Shown: positions 1-14,489 of the stretch, in pieces | Layout of the letters: every line of letters begins with the position of its first letter | How positions within the stretch are numbered: the stretch's first letter is position 1 | From: Camelus ferus | Taxonomy: Eukaryota | DNA length: 64,000 bases | Assembly (NCBI RefSeq): GCF_009834535.1 | Contig: NC_045696.1 | Coordinates: forward strand, 5,768,001-5,832,000 | Reading direction: 5' to 3' | Position numbers and translations under genes: made by a program | The notes under the pieces: model-generated | The model's input: only the letters and a program-made list of their open reading frames with translations | What the model was told of the DNA's origin: nothing | Database searches by the model: none

Positions 1-593
1 TAGAGAAAGAAGACTCAGATTCAAATAGACACGAGGCCTTGGTAGGCAAGTTAAATCAAAAGCCTCTGAAATTTATGCTTCATTAGCTTTATGTTAATTA
101 ACCCAGCCTCTGTTTACAGAGGTGTTTTGAGAGTTAATTGAGATAAAAAATGTAAAACAATTTTTGTAGAGTACACTGTTTCCAGGTAGTAGATTTTAAG
201 AATTTGTTTTATTGCTGTGACTTTTAAGAAGTCTATTTTGAGCATAAAAAGCTGACTCCTTTTCCATAGATCTACTGTGGTAGGGCCCAGAACCTGCCTG
301 GACTAGCACTGGGTGCCCATTTTGAGGAACTCTTTTTAGATGTTTACTTTGCATTTTGCCTATTCAAATGAAGTAAAGAACGCAAATATTTCCTTGTGAT
401 TTCATGTTTTTAGTTTTGTTTCCCAATGGCATTTTTATTATCTGTTAACGATGTACTTAATGTAAATGGCTGTTATAGGAAAAGGTTAAGTTTCAATTTA
501 AAAGTAGCTGCTTAGTATCCAAGACCGGAACTTAAAGTAGGCTGTAACTGTTAAGGTTGTGGAAGTCAGATGGTCCTTTGTTCCCCTCTTCCC

Positions 594-2072
594 TTAAAGA
601 CTTCACGTGTTAGTTTAGGTTTACAGAAGACTATGCAGTAAGTATAGTGAGTTCCCTGTGCTCTTTCTCTCCCTGCTCAAGTCTTTCCTGTTAGTAACAT
701 CTTGATTTAGTGTGGTACAGTTGCTACAGCTGATGAACCAATTTTGTGTGTTATCATTAACTGAATTCCATGGTTTACATTAGGGATCACTCTGTGTTGT
801 CTGGGTTTTTACAGATGCATAATGTTACGTATCGACCACAAGAGTGTCGTACAGAATAGTTCTACTGCCCTAACCTGCCTGCCTCCACAGACCTAATCCT
901 CACTTCCTCCCTCTTCCTGAGCCACTGGCAGACACTGATACTTTTACTGTTTCCATAGTTTTGACTCTTCCAGAATGCCATATAGTAGGGGCAAACAGTG
1001 TGTAGCCTTTTCACGTTGACTTCCTTCTAGTTATATGAGTTTAATGTTCCTCTATGATAAATCTGTGTTTAGCTCTGTAGGAAACTGCCAAATTGTTACC
1101 GAAAGTGGCTGGATTACGTTGTGTATTCTGATCAACAATGAATGAGAGTTCCTGTGCTTTGCATCTTTGTTAGGATATTAGTTCTTCCCAATTTCATCTA
1201 TAGATTCAACACAATCCCAGTCAGAGTCTCAGCAAGTTAATTTTATGGATATTGGTAAAGAGGTTCTGAAGTTTATTTGGAGAAGAAAAAACCCAGAATA
1301 GCTAACAGAATACTGAAAAATAATAGAGTTGCAGGCCTGATAGGTACTACTTGACATTAAGACTTAGTATAAATCTAGTTTTTAAGACAGTTAGTACTGG
1401 TGAAAGAATAGACACATAGATCAGTGGAACAGAAAATGGAACCCAGAAATAGACCAATACAAATACAGTCCACTAGTGTTTGACAGAGGAGCAACACCAA
1501 CTCAATGGACAAAGCATAATCTTCTCAACAAGTGGTGCTGAAACAATCATATATTCACATGCAAAAAAAAAACAACAAAACACGTAGGTAGTCTTTTCAT
1601 AAAAACTAACTCAAAATATATCATAAACATCATAAATTTAATGTAAATGTAAAACACAAAACTATAAAATTTCTAAGAGATGACACATAATAAAATCTAG
1701 GTGACTTTGAATGATGACTTTGTAGATACAGCACCAAAGGCATGGTCCTTGACAGAAAAACTTGAGAAGTAGAAAAACCTGGAAGATACTGTTAATAGAA
1801 TGAAAAGACAAGCCACAGACCAGAAGAAAATATTTGTGAAACTCATATCTGATAAAGGAATTGTATTCTTAAAACTCAGGAAGAACACAGTCCAATTTAA
1901 AAATCGTTAAGAGATCTAATGGACACCTGTTAAAGAAGATACACAGATGGTAAATAAGCATATGAAAAGTTACTCAACATCATACATCTATCATTAGGGA
2001 ATTGAAAGTAATGATGGTGAGCTGCCACTACCCACCTATTACAGCGGCTTAAGTCCAAAGCACTGAGAACAT
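594..2072 (-). mobile_element. Old L1 (L1MC-like) with 5' inversion: 3' end on minus strand (~594-1178) joined to ORF2 segment on plus strand (~1180-2072)
   Basis: Recognisable L1M 3'UTR antisense and decayed ORF2 sense sequence (e.g. gacacatagatcagtggaacagaa, ccacagaccagaagaaaatatttg); subfamily from memory. Confidence 0.75.
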
Positions 2073-2349
2073 TTATATTGACTTACTAACTTCACTCAGA
2101 GAATAGCTTATTGTATCAGTTTCTTTTGTTAATAGTCATCAATTGTGTTAGGTCTCACAAATACTCTCTGTAGTCTAATGCCTTGATAAGAGAAAGGATG
2201 TAGTAAAGACATTTGCTTTTTAAATTTACCTAATTATATTTTATTACTCAGTTATCATGCTTACTTATGATTAGGGCGACTGGTTTTTCTTGACTTGTGT
2301 TATTTAATCTCATAGATCAAGATTTTTTATCCCCCCCCCCCCAAATTAG

Positions 2350-2447
2350 GAGACTTCCTGTGATCCAAGTGAAGGTTCTTGTTCTTCTTCTGAAGAAGAA
2401 GAATGGAAAAGTGACAGAAGAAGTGACAGTGACAGTGAAAGTTCAAG
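2350..2447 (+). CDS. BRWD1: BRWD1 internal exon (ETSCDPSEGSCSSSEEEEWKSDRRSDSDSESS); upstream exons lie outside the window
   Basis: ttag acceptor at 2348-49, ag|gtatct donor; 98 nt, ending phase 2 and matching the next exon; acidic Ser-rich peptide like human BRWD1. Confidence 0.88.
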
Positions 2448-2781
2448 GTATCTATTTTTAGTTGTTCTGATCTTTTAAACATTTTAGTTATAACCTTAAA
2501 TGGAGTCATACGTGAATGGCATTCAAGATATAAGAGCTCACAACTGTGGAGCAATTGACATTGAGTTGTTAATACATCTAAAAGGAGAAGAAAGCTGGAT
2601 TAATAATTGTTTCTATAGAAAATATTTTGGGTATTTTTGTTTGGTTATAAAACATTTGAGCCAACAGTGTAAAATACGTGTATTAAAAACATCAATTTAG
2701 TTTTGGGCTGTGTTTGTAGAAAGTAGTATCCAAAATCTGTGTGGTAAAACCACTGTTAAATTTATTATTAATTATTGGATA

Positions 2782-3293
2782 TGTTAAGGAAAATTCAATT
2801 AACTATCAGGTTAAGTAGAAAAATAAAGGGAATTTTATTTGAGCCAAATTGAGGATTATAACCTGGGAAGGAGATTCTCCGGAAGCTTTGGAAACTGTTT
2901 TGCCTGTTAGAAGTTGAAGGCACAGTCATAAACATATTTAAGACAAATGATGGTACATCTGAATGACATATGGATATTTTACATAAAGTTCACCAAGAAT
3001 ACAGGGTCCAGGTAAGCATGTACGAAGTCAGCAGCAAGTACCACGACCCCCTGCAGAGCTGGGAAAGCGTGCTGTTCTTTTAAGAAGTTACGTTGCTAGC
3101 CTCAGAAGAAAGAAAAAAAATGATCTTTACAGTCAAGCAGGCATCCCCACCTTTGAGGAGCTCTGGTTAATGTGCAATGTAATACAGATGCACACTGCAT
3201 ATTAGGGAAGGAGGAGGCCCAACTGGACAGAGAGAGAATTTTATTTTTAATTTTTCTTGTCCTGCCTTAAAATAGAAACTTTATTTTGTATCA
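2782..3293 (-). mobile_element. Probable ERV solo LTR
   Basis: About 510 bp, TG...CA ends, antisense poly(A) signal context ttttatttgagccaaattgagg typical of ERV1 LTRs; TSD not confirmed. Confidence 0.5.
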
Positions 3294-3639
3294 TGTGTTA
3301 CCTTTTTAGTCTTGGTATCCAAATTTTATGAGACTAAGAGTTAACGTCTGTTCCTCTTCTTTGTAAACATCACGTTTGTCCTGGCAGATGCTCAAGCCAG
3401 AAACCTGGGTGTCATTCTCTCTTCACAGCATTTCCGTCACCAAGTCTAGAAAATTCTCCCTTCTTACTGTGACTGAGATGATTTTATTTTCATTTCCATT
3501 AATACTGTGCTTTACAGCCCACCATACATACTCCCAGCTGCTTCCTTTCTTGTCTTCTTTTATTCTGGTATGCTTAAGAGCTGGAGTGATTTCTAGAACA
3601 TTTGTCTATTCTTGTTTTTGTTGTTTGTTTTTGTCTTTT

Positions 3640-3855
3640 AATTTTAATGGTAAAATATTCAGAACATAAAATTTACCATCTTAACTATTTTTAACTGTAC
3701 AGTTCAATAGTGTTATAGTACAGCCACATTGTTGTGTACCCAGTCTCCAGAATTCATCTTGCAGAACTGCGATGGTATACCTATTAAATAACAATTCTCC
3801 ACTCTATGCTGCCTGCCCTTGGCAATCACCATTGTCCGTTCCATCTCTATATTCA
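3640..3855 (-). mobile_element. L1MB-like 3' end fragment
   Basis: aacataaaatttaccatcttaactatttttaactgtacagttca... is the canonical antisense L1MB 3' terminus. Confidence 0.7.
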
Positions 3856-4640
3856 TTGTCTTTTTAATTCGGCTTTCTTGAATTTGATTATACAAAGCAG
3901 ATGCTCCTAAGATTTTTAAAAAGCTCTTCTTACAACGTAAAATATTCATACAAAAATAACAATTATAATAAATAGCTTTTGGAAATGTGTGTGTTTTATT
4001 GAGCCTGAGAGATATGTGGTTAGTTAGTGATGGCCCCAGTAGAGGGCCTTTGTCCTCTATGGTGTTTTTTGAAGCTAGGAGTGGACCAGGGCCTAGTTTT
4101 CTGGACCTTGTTTCCTGTTTGACTCTGCTGTTGTTCTAGGGTGGGCTAGAACTTGTCCCTCTGTGGATCTTTTCTCACATCAGGGATGGTCCCCCTCTTG
4201 GCAAGAAACTCTGCCCATTTACGACTCTCTGTTTGGTGTGGCCATGCTTTCCTTGTGCTTCTCAGTGTGTCGCTGATGGTTTTCACTCCAGTGAAACTTT
4301 CTTGGCCTCCTCCAGCGTGTGCTGCTCTTACGCTTCTGCGCTGTCCCTGCTGTCTTTGTAACTGCCCTTCACGTTGGGAAAGCGGAGTTACTAGTTGGCT
4401 CTAGATGTTGTCTTACGTGAGGGCTCATCCAAAGTAGACTTAAAAAACGTTTCTCAGGCTTTGTCTTTCCCTAATTTCCAATGTCAGTGAAGATTTTTCT
4501 CTTTTTCTCATGATCTGTGGTCGTTTCAATATTCCTTGATAGTGAGGGCAGATTGTTCAGTTGTATCTTCCTAGAATCTTTCTTCTTCCCTCCTTCTTGT
4601 CTCCTCCTCTCTTAAGGTTATAGGATTAATTTACTATTAG

Positions 4641-4895
<255 letters not shown>

Positions 4896-5164
4896 TAAAA
4901 ATAACATCTATCTACACTTTCATAGTTTCTATCCATATTTAGAAATTAGAAATTATTGGGAAACTGGAGCCTTTATGTACGTATGTATGTATGTGTGTAT
5001 TTTTTGATTGATGTTACGTCATCAGGAGTCAAATGTAAAATGGAAGCAAACTTTTATTTTTTACAAAAAAAATAAAGCAGCTTTATTATTAAAACTTCTC
5101 TTTCTAATCTGCTGTGAGTTAGACTTGGCACTTAAACCTTTCTGAGTGAATCTAAAAATTAAGC

Positions 5165-5327
5165 CTTTTATGATCTAGTCTTAACAGTCACACATTGTCA
5201 CTTCTGCTTTATTCTATTTGTTAGAAGCAAGTGGAGCCTACACTAGAGTGGAGGGGACCTCGGCTCTGCCTCTTAAAGAGGGAAGGAGAAGTATTAAAGA
5301 ATTTGTGGTCATGTTTTAAAATTACTA
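5165..5327. mobile_element. MaLR LTR (MLT1-type) fragment
   Basis: gtcacacattgtcacttctgctttattctatttgttagaagcaag...aaagaatttgtggtcatgttttaaa motif. Confidence 0.6.
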
Positions 5328-5751
5328 TTGTTAAAACCTGAAGTCAAGAGGAGATTCCCTGAAAAAGGAAAAAAAAAAAGATTCCCTGTGAAGATTAGCC
5401 TGTGGTGAAATGCAGAGTGGAGGGTCGGTCAGGCAGGCTCAGTGTGTTGAAGAGCATTTAGGTTGGAAAGTAGCCCCGTTTCATAGGATGTGAAGTGCTA
5501 GGAAGGATCTGTTAGAAATCCAAGAGACTGTAGGCAAGTGCTAGGTAGAGCTGTAGTGAATGCTTGCACAACTGGTAGTGTTCCTATGTACGTTCAAGGA
5601 CCAGATATGTATGCTGCTTAAAAACTAGTCGTTAGGTGACACGCCACGTGAAACAGTCATTCTGAATGGTGACGTTTCTTCTGTTTTTCAATTAAACAGC
5701 GCATGCTGCCCCTTTCTATTCTATTAAGCTTTGTTCTCGTCCCCTTGGCAG

Positions 5752-5877
5752 AATTTGCAGAGGATGACTCAGGCAGAGCTTACAAACATGGAACATTTAT
5801 ATGAATTTCATCCTCCGGTTTGGATAACTGACACCACACTTCGAAAGTCACCTTTTGTTCCTCAAATGGGTGATGAG
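5752..5877 (+). CDS. BRWD1: BRWD1 exon ([10 protein letters not shown]...[10 protein letters not shown])
   Basis: gcag acceptor, gag|gtgagt donor; 126 nt, phase 0-0. Confidence 0.96.
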
Positions 5878-5969
5878 GTGAGTAATAAAATTTAAAAACA
5901 TGAATATGAAATATAAAATTAATATTACTCTAAGGTTTTTATTTTTTAACGTATACTTCCCTTTTGTAG

Positions 5970-6083
<114 letters not shown>

Positions 6084-6252
6084 TGATGGTATCACTAAAT
6101 TATTAAATATTTAGCACATACATATATAGTTAAATTATTTATAAATTCATTAAAAATGCCTACTGGAGGCATATTTCATTACTGTCTTTCCATTAATGTC
6201 CTACTTAAGAATATTTTTGCTGTTACCTGGTAAATCTTAAGATCCAGTAGAA

Positions 6253-6779
6253 AATGGAAACAATCTAAATGTCCATTGACAGATGACTGGATAAAGAGGT
6301 GGTGGTATGTTTATACAGTGGAATACTACTCAGCCATAAAAAATAATAAAATAATGCCATTTGCAGCAGCATGGATGGACCTGGAGATTGTCATTCTAAG
6401 TGAAGTAAGCCAGAAAGAGAAAGAAAAAAAATACCGTATGATATCACTTATATGTGGAATCTTAAAAAAAGACAAATGAACTTATTTACAAAACAGAAAC
6501 AGACTCAGACATAGAAAACAAACTTATGGTAACGGGGGTGGGGGTGGGAAGATTTGCAGATACTAACTAATACATATAAAATAGATAAACAATAGGTTCA
6601 TACTCTGTAGCACAGGGAACTATTATATTCAGTATCTTGTAGTAACTAATGGTGAAAAAGAATAGGAAAAGAATGTATGTATGCTCATGTATGAAGCATT
6701 ATGCTGTACACCAGAAATTGACACAACATTGTGAATTGACTATACTTCAATAAAAACACATATATACAAAAAAAAAAAA
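6253..6779 (+). mobile_element. 5'-truncated lineage-specific L1 (ORF2 C-terminus, 3'UTR, poly(A)) with 14-bp TSD aagatccagtagaa
   Basis: ORF 6276..6479 is the L1 ORF2 C-terminus; A-tail; TSD at 6239-6252 and 6780-6793; tt|aa endonuclease site. Confidence 0.93.
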
Positions 6780-7693
6780 AAGATCCAGTAGAAGACATGC
6801 TTGTCAGTGGACACTGTATATTACTGGAAGGCAGCTTGGCTGTATATATCATTAATCTTAAAATGCTTATATTCAGGACAGATTTTCAAAAGAAGAAATA
6901 CACATTGGAAAAAAATGTTCAACCTCATGCATAATAAAATACAGGAAAAACTTTAGCTTCCCTGTACTTAACCAATTTTATAATTTTTCTTTTAACATTT
7001 AAAGGAAGAAAATACCATGTTTTAACAATAGCAAAGGTTTTGGTTTGTTAACTGTTACTCATCTTGGCGATAGGGTACATGAAACAGCTCTAGGCTTTCA
7101 AGAGGGTCTCTTGGCAATTGGAATTGAAAGTGAAAATATTTAGACCTTTGAAATCACTAATTTTATTTCTGGTAATTTAGGAAACAACCAGAAGTACGTA
7201 AAATTTATGAGCAGAGTAATCCTGTATCACTGTTTATAGAAACAAAAAATTAGAAGAAGTCCACATATCCCACATTACTGATGAATCAAACCATGGTATA
7301 TTCACACAGTTGGCTACTATGTAGAGCTCACAATGTAACTGAGGCTTTTACAGTATTTGTTAGGCACATACAGTGTATTGCTAAGAGGAAAAATGGGATG
7401 TGAAATTGTCTGTGGTTATCATAAGAATTTAAACAGTCAACCAAAATAAAGACATTAATATGTCAGTGGTGATTATATGTAAAATAGTATTACAAGTGAT
7501 TTTTATTCTTTATACTTTATGTTTCTGATATTTTCAGTAACTGTCAGAAGATGAAAAAACTAATTTTAACAAAGATAGCTGTTCTTAACACTCATTCAGC
7601 TTAATGGCTCTACTGCTGTGAATTTGGCTTTAGATACATTCATATTTATGTCTGCTTCACTGTACACTGTACACCACACTGTGTACCTGAGTA

Positions 7694-8338
7694 CACTTGA
7701 TCCACATTTTTCAGATTTCTGTATAGTGAGCTTGCCTACTCACTCTATGCTATTTTTAACACCAAAATCAATACTCAGGATGCTTTCTGCTCACTTGCAG
7801 ACATGCACAGAGTGGCAGAAAACTTGACTTTGCCCACCTAGCATGTTCCCAGCTGAGGTTGAACAAGGGGATACCTCTGAGCCCTCATATTACAAATAAG
7901 TGTTCTTTTCTATAGTCTTATTTAATACCACTTTTTTCACTTTTTTAAAGCTTTTTGTTGGTGATTTACTGTTTAAAATTGCCCCTAAGTGTAGTGCTAA
8001 AGTGTTGTATTGTGTTTACTAAGCACAAGAAAGTGAATTCTGTACTTCATGGAGAAAATATGTGTTAGATAAGCTTTGTTTAGGCTTGAGTTACAGTGCT
8101 GTGGCTGTCAGTTCAGTTTTAATGAATCAACAACATATATTAAATGAGATGTCTTTACACAGTAACTCACGTAAAATAAGATACTATATTAATTAGGTGA
8201 CAGAAATGTTGTGACTGGAGGCCTGTAGCAACCTAACCCTGTATTTTCTCCAGGAGCAGTGGTTAAGTATTCACTAATTCACTGTTTCAGGTAACTTTAT
8301 AGAATTATAAGAATGATGCAAATAATGAAAATCAGCTG
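7694..8338. mobile_element. MER82-like TcMar-Tigger non-autonomous DNA transposon
   Basis: About 645 bp, TA on both sides, diagnostic catgttcccagctgaggttgaacaagg internal sequence. Confidence 0.75.
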
Positions 8339-9000
8339 TACTCTTAGCACTTTGGTACATTATAACAATAACATTTGTGCAATGAATAAATGGATGAATG
8401 ATTTCTCATACTCTTAGAATTAGGAAACATTATGGGGAAGGCTTATGATACATCCATTAATGAGTAAGATAGTCAGTTATAGCAGGAACTGTCTCCTGTT
8501 CTCTGTCTTATCCCTACTGCCTAGAATAGGTCATAGCACATAGTAGATCCTCAACAAATAACTTTTTGAAATGTATTAGGTAGAGATTTAATATCAAGGT
8601 TTGGAAGAATATTTAATAAACCAAATGCCTATGTATTTTGACTTGCATAATACAAAATTGTATAATGAAAATGTGTCTCTAGGAAGAAAAGAAAGCCAGA
8701 AGGAAATTCAGATTGTTCACAGTGATTGTCTTTAGATATTGAGCTGATGGAAGATTTGTGCATTCCTTCTTACACTTTTGTTGTGTTTTTTCTGAAGTGA
8801 GTATATTCCTTATGTTAGGAACAGTATTAAATACCTGCCTCCAAAAAGATGTGAAGATTTAGCAGAAATGATTGTAATCAATGGTAAATTAAACCCCTCT
8901 CCTGGTTTGGAATTCTAAATTGTGAGTTGACTTAATTTGGCAATATGTGGAGAATTATAGTCTTAAGGAATTTCGTTATTTTAACCAGTTATTCTTTTAA

Positions 9001-9243
<243 letters not shown>

Positions 9244-9440
9244 TGAACAGCCTAAGGTATAAGCTGAAGTTCTGATGATGGGCCCACTAGAAGGAAAAAT
9301 AGTGGTGTTGCAGCAGCAGTTAGGCACAAGCATGTGTATGCATTTTCCTTGCCACTTAGATGTGTAGAGAATTCTGGCCTGTAGAGGAATTTGCTTCTGC
9401 ATTTGTTTTTGAGAAAACATTAGAGTAAATAATTTACTAA

Positions 9441-9912
<472 letters not shown>

Positions 9913-11935
9913 TGAGTTTTATTTATACCGTGAGAAATTATCTCTCACTTCATTGACATATTTTTTTGGTTGTAGTGTTGCTTATTATGGTGATGCAACC
10001 ATATAAATTCTAGAAAGAAATGTAAGTGATAAGTGTATTTTGCTTAGGGCTTGGTATGTAGGGGACCTTTTGGAAGGATGATTTCTTACTCATTGACTAA
10101 AGGCTAGAGTAGACCTTTTATTTCAGACTTGTCCATACAATATTACTGCTGTCTTTAATGTGAAACTGGTATAATTCACAGAATTACCCCGTGTTGCAAA
10201 ACAATCAGAAAGCTGAAAAATAATTCAGTTTATAGTTTCCTACCTATTGTGTTTTTCCTATCTATTATGTTTTTCAGCCCCCACGGTGTGTACTTTAGAA
10301 GCTCTCATTTTATTCTGCCAACATGCTCATTCAAAGAACATTTTTTTAACTTTAATTATCTACAAGTAAATGCTAGGGAATGATTCCCAACCACTCCTTG
10401 TAATCTGGTGGTTTTGTTTTATTTTTGAGGTTGTGAAATTACTGCACCAAATCTCTTATACTGATTAATTTATTTTTGCTCCCCATAAAATCTTACTTAT
10501 TCTCCTAAAGTTTGAGCAGTGATATTATAGGAAGCTTTTTTATATTTTTGCTGTATTGAGAACTTTTTACTCAGTTTATTCTATTCTTGACTAGCCAAAA
10601 TATCTAGCCAAAATCGGTTTATTTGAAAAAAATCTTATCTTACTTTGATATCATATCAACCCAGACAGCTAAAATATGTGGGAGTTAACAAGTCATGCGG
10701 CCAAGTCCCAAAGAACTATGTAACATTTTTCTTCCCTATTTATCTAATATTAGAAGGTGTTTTCAGCTGAAATAATACTTTTTCAGTGTAAGATGAGCAA
10801 CTTTAAATTAAAAGAAGGCTTAAGATCATTTTCTTTTTGATATCAAAGATTGGCTCTCTAAATAAACATGTTTTTATATTAGGCTTCTCAAAATGAAGTC
10901 ACTGGATTTGTTGTTATTACTATAATACTTATTTAACAAATTCTATAATTGATACTTGTTAAATTAGGTTATTTACATTATAGAATTAGGAACTATGGTA
11001 TTATATCAAAATTTTAGTATATACCTTCCATTGATTGATACTACCTCTGTAAAACTTTTCTTGAAGAAAGAATTGTTAATCTCTCAAAGAATTTCTAAAG
11101 AGGATAAGTATTATTTTTCATGGTGATTTGTTCTGAAATGACGGGATGGATGGGAAGAGAGACAGAGTTACTACAGCAGTCTGTGTTTCTGTTGTCATAT
11201 ATATAAGACAAAGGTCAGATACAGTTTGTTTCTCTAGAAGTGCTAACAGTTACAGAATCCATTTAGAAATGTGTATGTGTGATCTAAAATCACTGACGTC
11301 AGCTGAAACATTCTTCCAGCTCCTTTGGTTTGTATAGGTCCTCTCCTGAGGTCTGCTTGGCTGCTTTGATATCATGCTGAGATAATGGGATATGAGGATT
11401 GTTAATTCTTTTAAATAATAGATATGTAGGCATTGTCAGGGGTACATTTAGACCTGATTTTTCTTGTGAGATCTTAAGAATTAGAGCACTGTTTACTGTG
11501 GAGATACTTACATAGCAGCAACTTTAAAATAATCATGGATTAACTTCTAATCATACTTTTATAATTTTATTTTATTCAGGAAATGTTACATATTTCATAA
11601 GTATATTTAATACACTTAGTAAACAAGTATTTACTGATAGTATACATTGTTGTAAAAGATTTTTGAGTTTTAATTTTGTTCTTTGTAATAGAACTTATTT
11701 TGCAGTGGGTATTTGGATCCGCTAAATAATGGAACCTAGTTATAAATGACTTTTAAAAATTACTCGGTTCTATACCTTCAGTAAATTGCTGAGTGTAACA
11801 CTCTGTCTTTTTCACGTGTATTTTATTACTGAAAAATGCAATGGGGAAGGGTGGCTAATTTTAAGATAAAAATATTATTTGATTTGTTTTATCTGTATCA
11901 AATAGTATTTTGTAAATTAAAAATGTTAGTGTTAA

Positions 11936-12097
<162 letters not shown>

Positions 12098-12686
12098 TGA
12101 AAACCAGTCATCCATCTACAAACATTTATTCACTGCACAGGTCGTGGTATGAAAAACTAACGTGTTCTAGGTTAAGTCATTAAGTCATATTGGCCTCACC
12201 TTTGTAGTGTTTCTCTCGCATCCTCTGTTCACTAGTGCCCGCCTTGGTACCAGTTCTGCGTGCCTCCGTGGGACCTTTTTTGTAGCCTCCTCTTATATTT
12301 CCTTAACCCAATATTGCAGGATCATCGTTCAGAAACACGTAATACGTCATTTCCCTTGTTCAAAAAAATTTTTGCCGCCTCTCTATTGGTTGTGGAAATG
12401 AAGCCCACAATCTGAAGAGTGGCATTTAAGGCCTTCACACTCTTCCTTCACGCACCCTGAGTGCACTCCACACAGGGCTTCTGGTTTTGTCCTTGAACCC
12501 AGCATACGTTTTTATACTTCTTTTTTACAATATATTCTTTAAAAAAAACTTATTTGAACTTTCATTGCTACAATAAGGTTAATTTTTGTATTTTCTATGT
12601 TTTTGTTTACTCTTGTAGTGGGTACCTAGTTATTAGCCACAAGCTGTCTTTATAAAAGACTAACTAGACTTACATGGTTTTAACAG

Positions 12687-12748
12687 GTGGGACAATACAG
12701 AAATTGAAAAACTTAGCCCATGGGACATGGAACCAATACCTGATAATG
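12687..12748 (+). CDS. BRWD1: BRWD1 exon ([20 protein letters not shown])
   Basis: acag acceptor, g|gtatgt donor; 62 nt. Confidence 0.97.
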
Positions 12749-13820
12749 GTATGTAATCCTTTAATAATGAAAATATTTTACCTATGTGTTTTCAGTTTTT
12801 TATCTTAATGTACATAGAGTATATTTGTGTTTTTTGAGAAATGTTTTCAAATTACTCTGGTAACTGAGCTTTGCTAGCTAATAGAAATCAACAGAATTAT
12901 GTGTATCTAGCTCATTAATTCTTACCCAGTTTCCAGCTTGTTGCTGGCTGTATCCTAGTCGTGTGCTGTCATTTATCACCTGCTTTAGTCTGTGCTTGGC
13001 CTCCTTCATGTAGCCTCCATTTCATTTTCCTCATCCTTATTCTATTATCCTTGTTCTTTCTTCAAAGAGAAGGTCTAGCTTGGCTTCCATCTGTCTTCGG
13101 CATCACCTCAGCTTGCCTGTCTTACTGGGGACTGCCTGTTCCTTTCCAACGGGAGGTACATGTCTCTTCCAAAGCCTGCCTCTTCTCCAGTGCTGCTGTC
13201 CCACCCTTTGAGCTTCTCTTGGATCTGGTGTTTATACTTAGTTCATTCACTCAAACCATTTTAATTTCCTCCTTCCTGTCTCCATTCCGATTTCAATTTG
13301 TCTCTTGTACATCTTTCATTTGACTTTATTTGAACATTTTAGCTATTAAATTATTTTACTCTCGTTACAGACTTGTTGAAGGGCTGCCCTCTATATTGTC
13401 TTACCTCCCACCTCTCCACTATCAAGCTTTCTTTTATGCTAGTGTTGATTCAGCCTCAAAACACGCAGAAGCTTTTGTCCTTCCACCTCTACCATTTGTT
13501 GACACGGGAATGCTTTGCTTTGTGACTTCTTCTGTGTCTGCCTTAGGGGTCAAGCCGTTTTCCTTTGTGTTTTATTCTCTGGTGTATTTCCATCAACTGT
13601 TGTTTTGCTTTACATTAGAGATAAGGAATTTTTTTAAAAAATTAAATAATTACACTTTTAAAAGTCACCAGTGACTCCTTCATTAAATTTTCATTTGAGC
13701 TTATTAGCATCTTAACAAATAATACTTAGGAATCTGAAATGATGCTTTGCAATATATAAAGCATATATAGTTAAGTGAAAACCAACATTTCTTGAGGTCT
13801 TACTCTGCTCCTAAGAACTT

Positions 13821-13953
13821 TTTTTTTGATGGGGGAGGTAGCTAGGTTTATTTACTTTTTAATTTATTTTTTAGGGGGAGGTACTGGGGATTGAACCCAG
13901 GACCTTGTGCATACTAAGCATGCGCTCTACCACTTGAGCTATACCCTCCCCCC
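13821..13953 (-). mobile_element. tRNA-derived SINE (camelid Vic-1-like) inserted into a MIR (~13780-14140)
   Basis: Minus strand reads ggggagggtatagctcaagtggtagagcgcatgcttagtatgcacaaggtcctgggttcaatcccc (A and B boxes); T-tail; TSD taagaactt at 13812-13820 and 13955-13963. Confidence 0.88.
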
Positions 13954-14489
13954 TTAAGAACTTCTTATGTATTAGTTCACTTATTCTGCCCTGCAGTGAT
14001 GCTCTATTATTAATTTTACAGGTGAAGGAACTAAGGCTCAGAGTTTTTAGTAACTTGTCTAAGTCACACACTTCTGGAAAGGATAGGACTTTGGTTTCTA
14101 GCCTGAGCCATCTGCACCAACCAGTGCCTTTAACTACTATTTATAGCTGCTTTTTTATAAGTGATACCAAATCAATAAAAGCACTTACATAAAGAGATTT
14201 TACATATTAATGAGGCCGATAAAACCTTTACAAAGATTGTCAGAAGATATGAGCAGGCAAAAAAAATTAATTTGGAGGCATATGAAGAAAAGCTCAGTTG
14301 CGTTATCAGTCTTGGAAATGTACATTAAAATCGTAATAAACGGCATTTATCATTGTTGAGTTAATATGTTTTCTTCCAGTCCTGTTGACATATTTACTTA
14401 CAATTTTCAAGAAAATATTCTGAGTATTTACATTACCTCTTGTTCTTTTTAAAATGTACACTCTCTTCCATTATCAGTCTTTTTGCACT

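Noticed and set aside
12961..13674. Two consecutive 114-120 aa hydrophobic ORFs
   Set aside because: Non-ATG starts in T-rich intronic, probably old repeat-derived sequence; no recognisable protein
13871..13953. tRNA-like sequence with A and B boxes (also at 24012 and 60115)
   Set aside because: A-rich tails, TSDs on two copies, no acceptor stem and three diverged copies indicate SINEs, not tRNA genes
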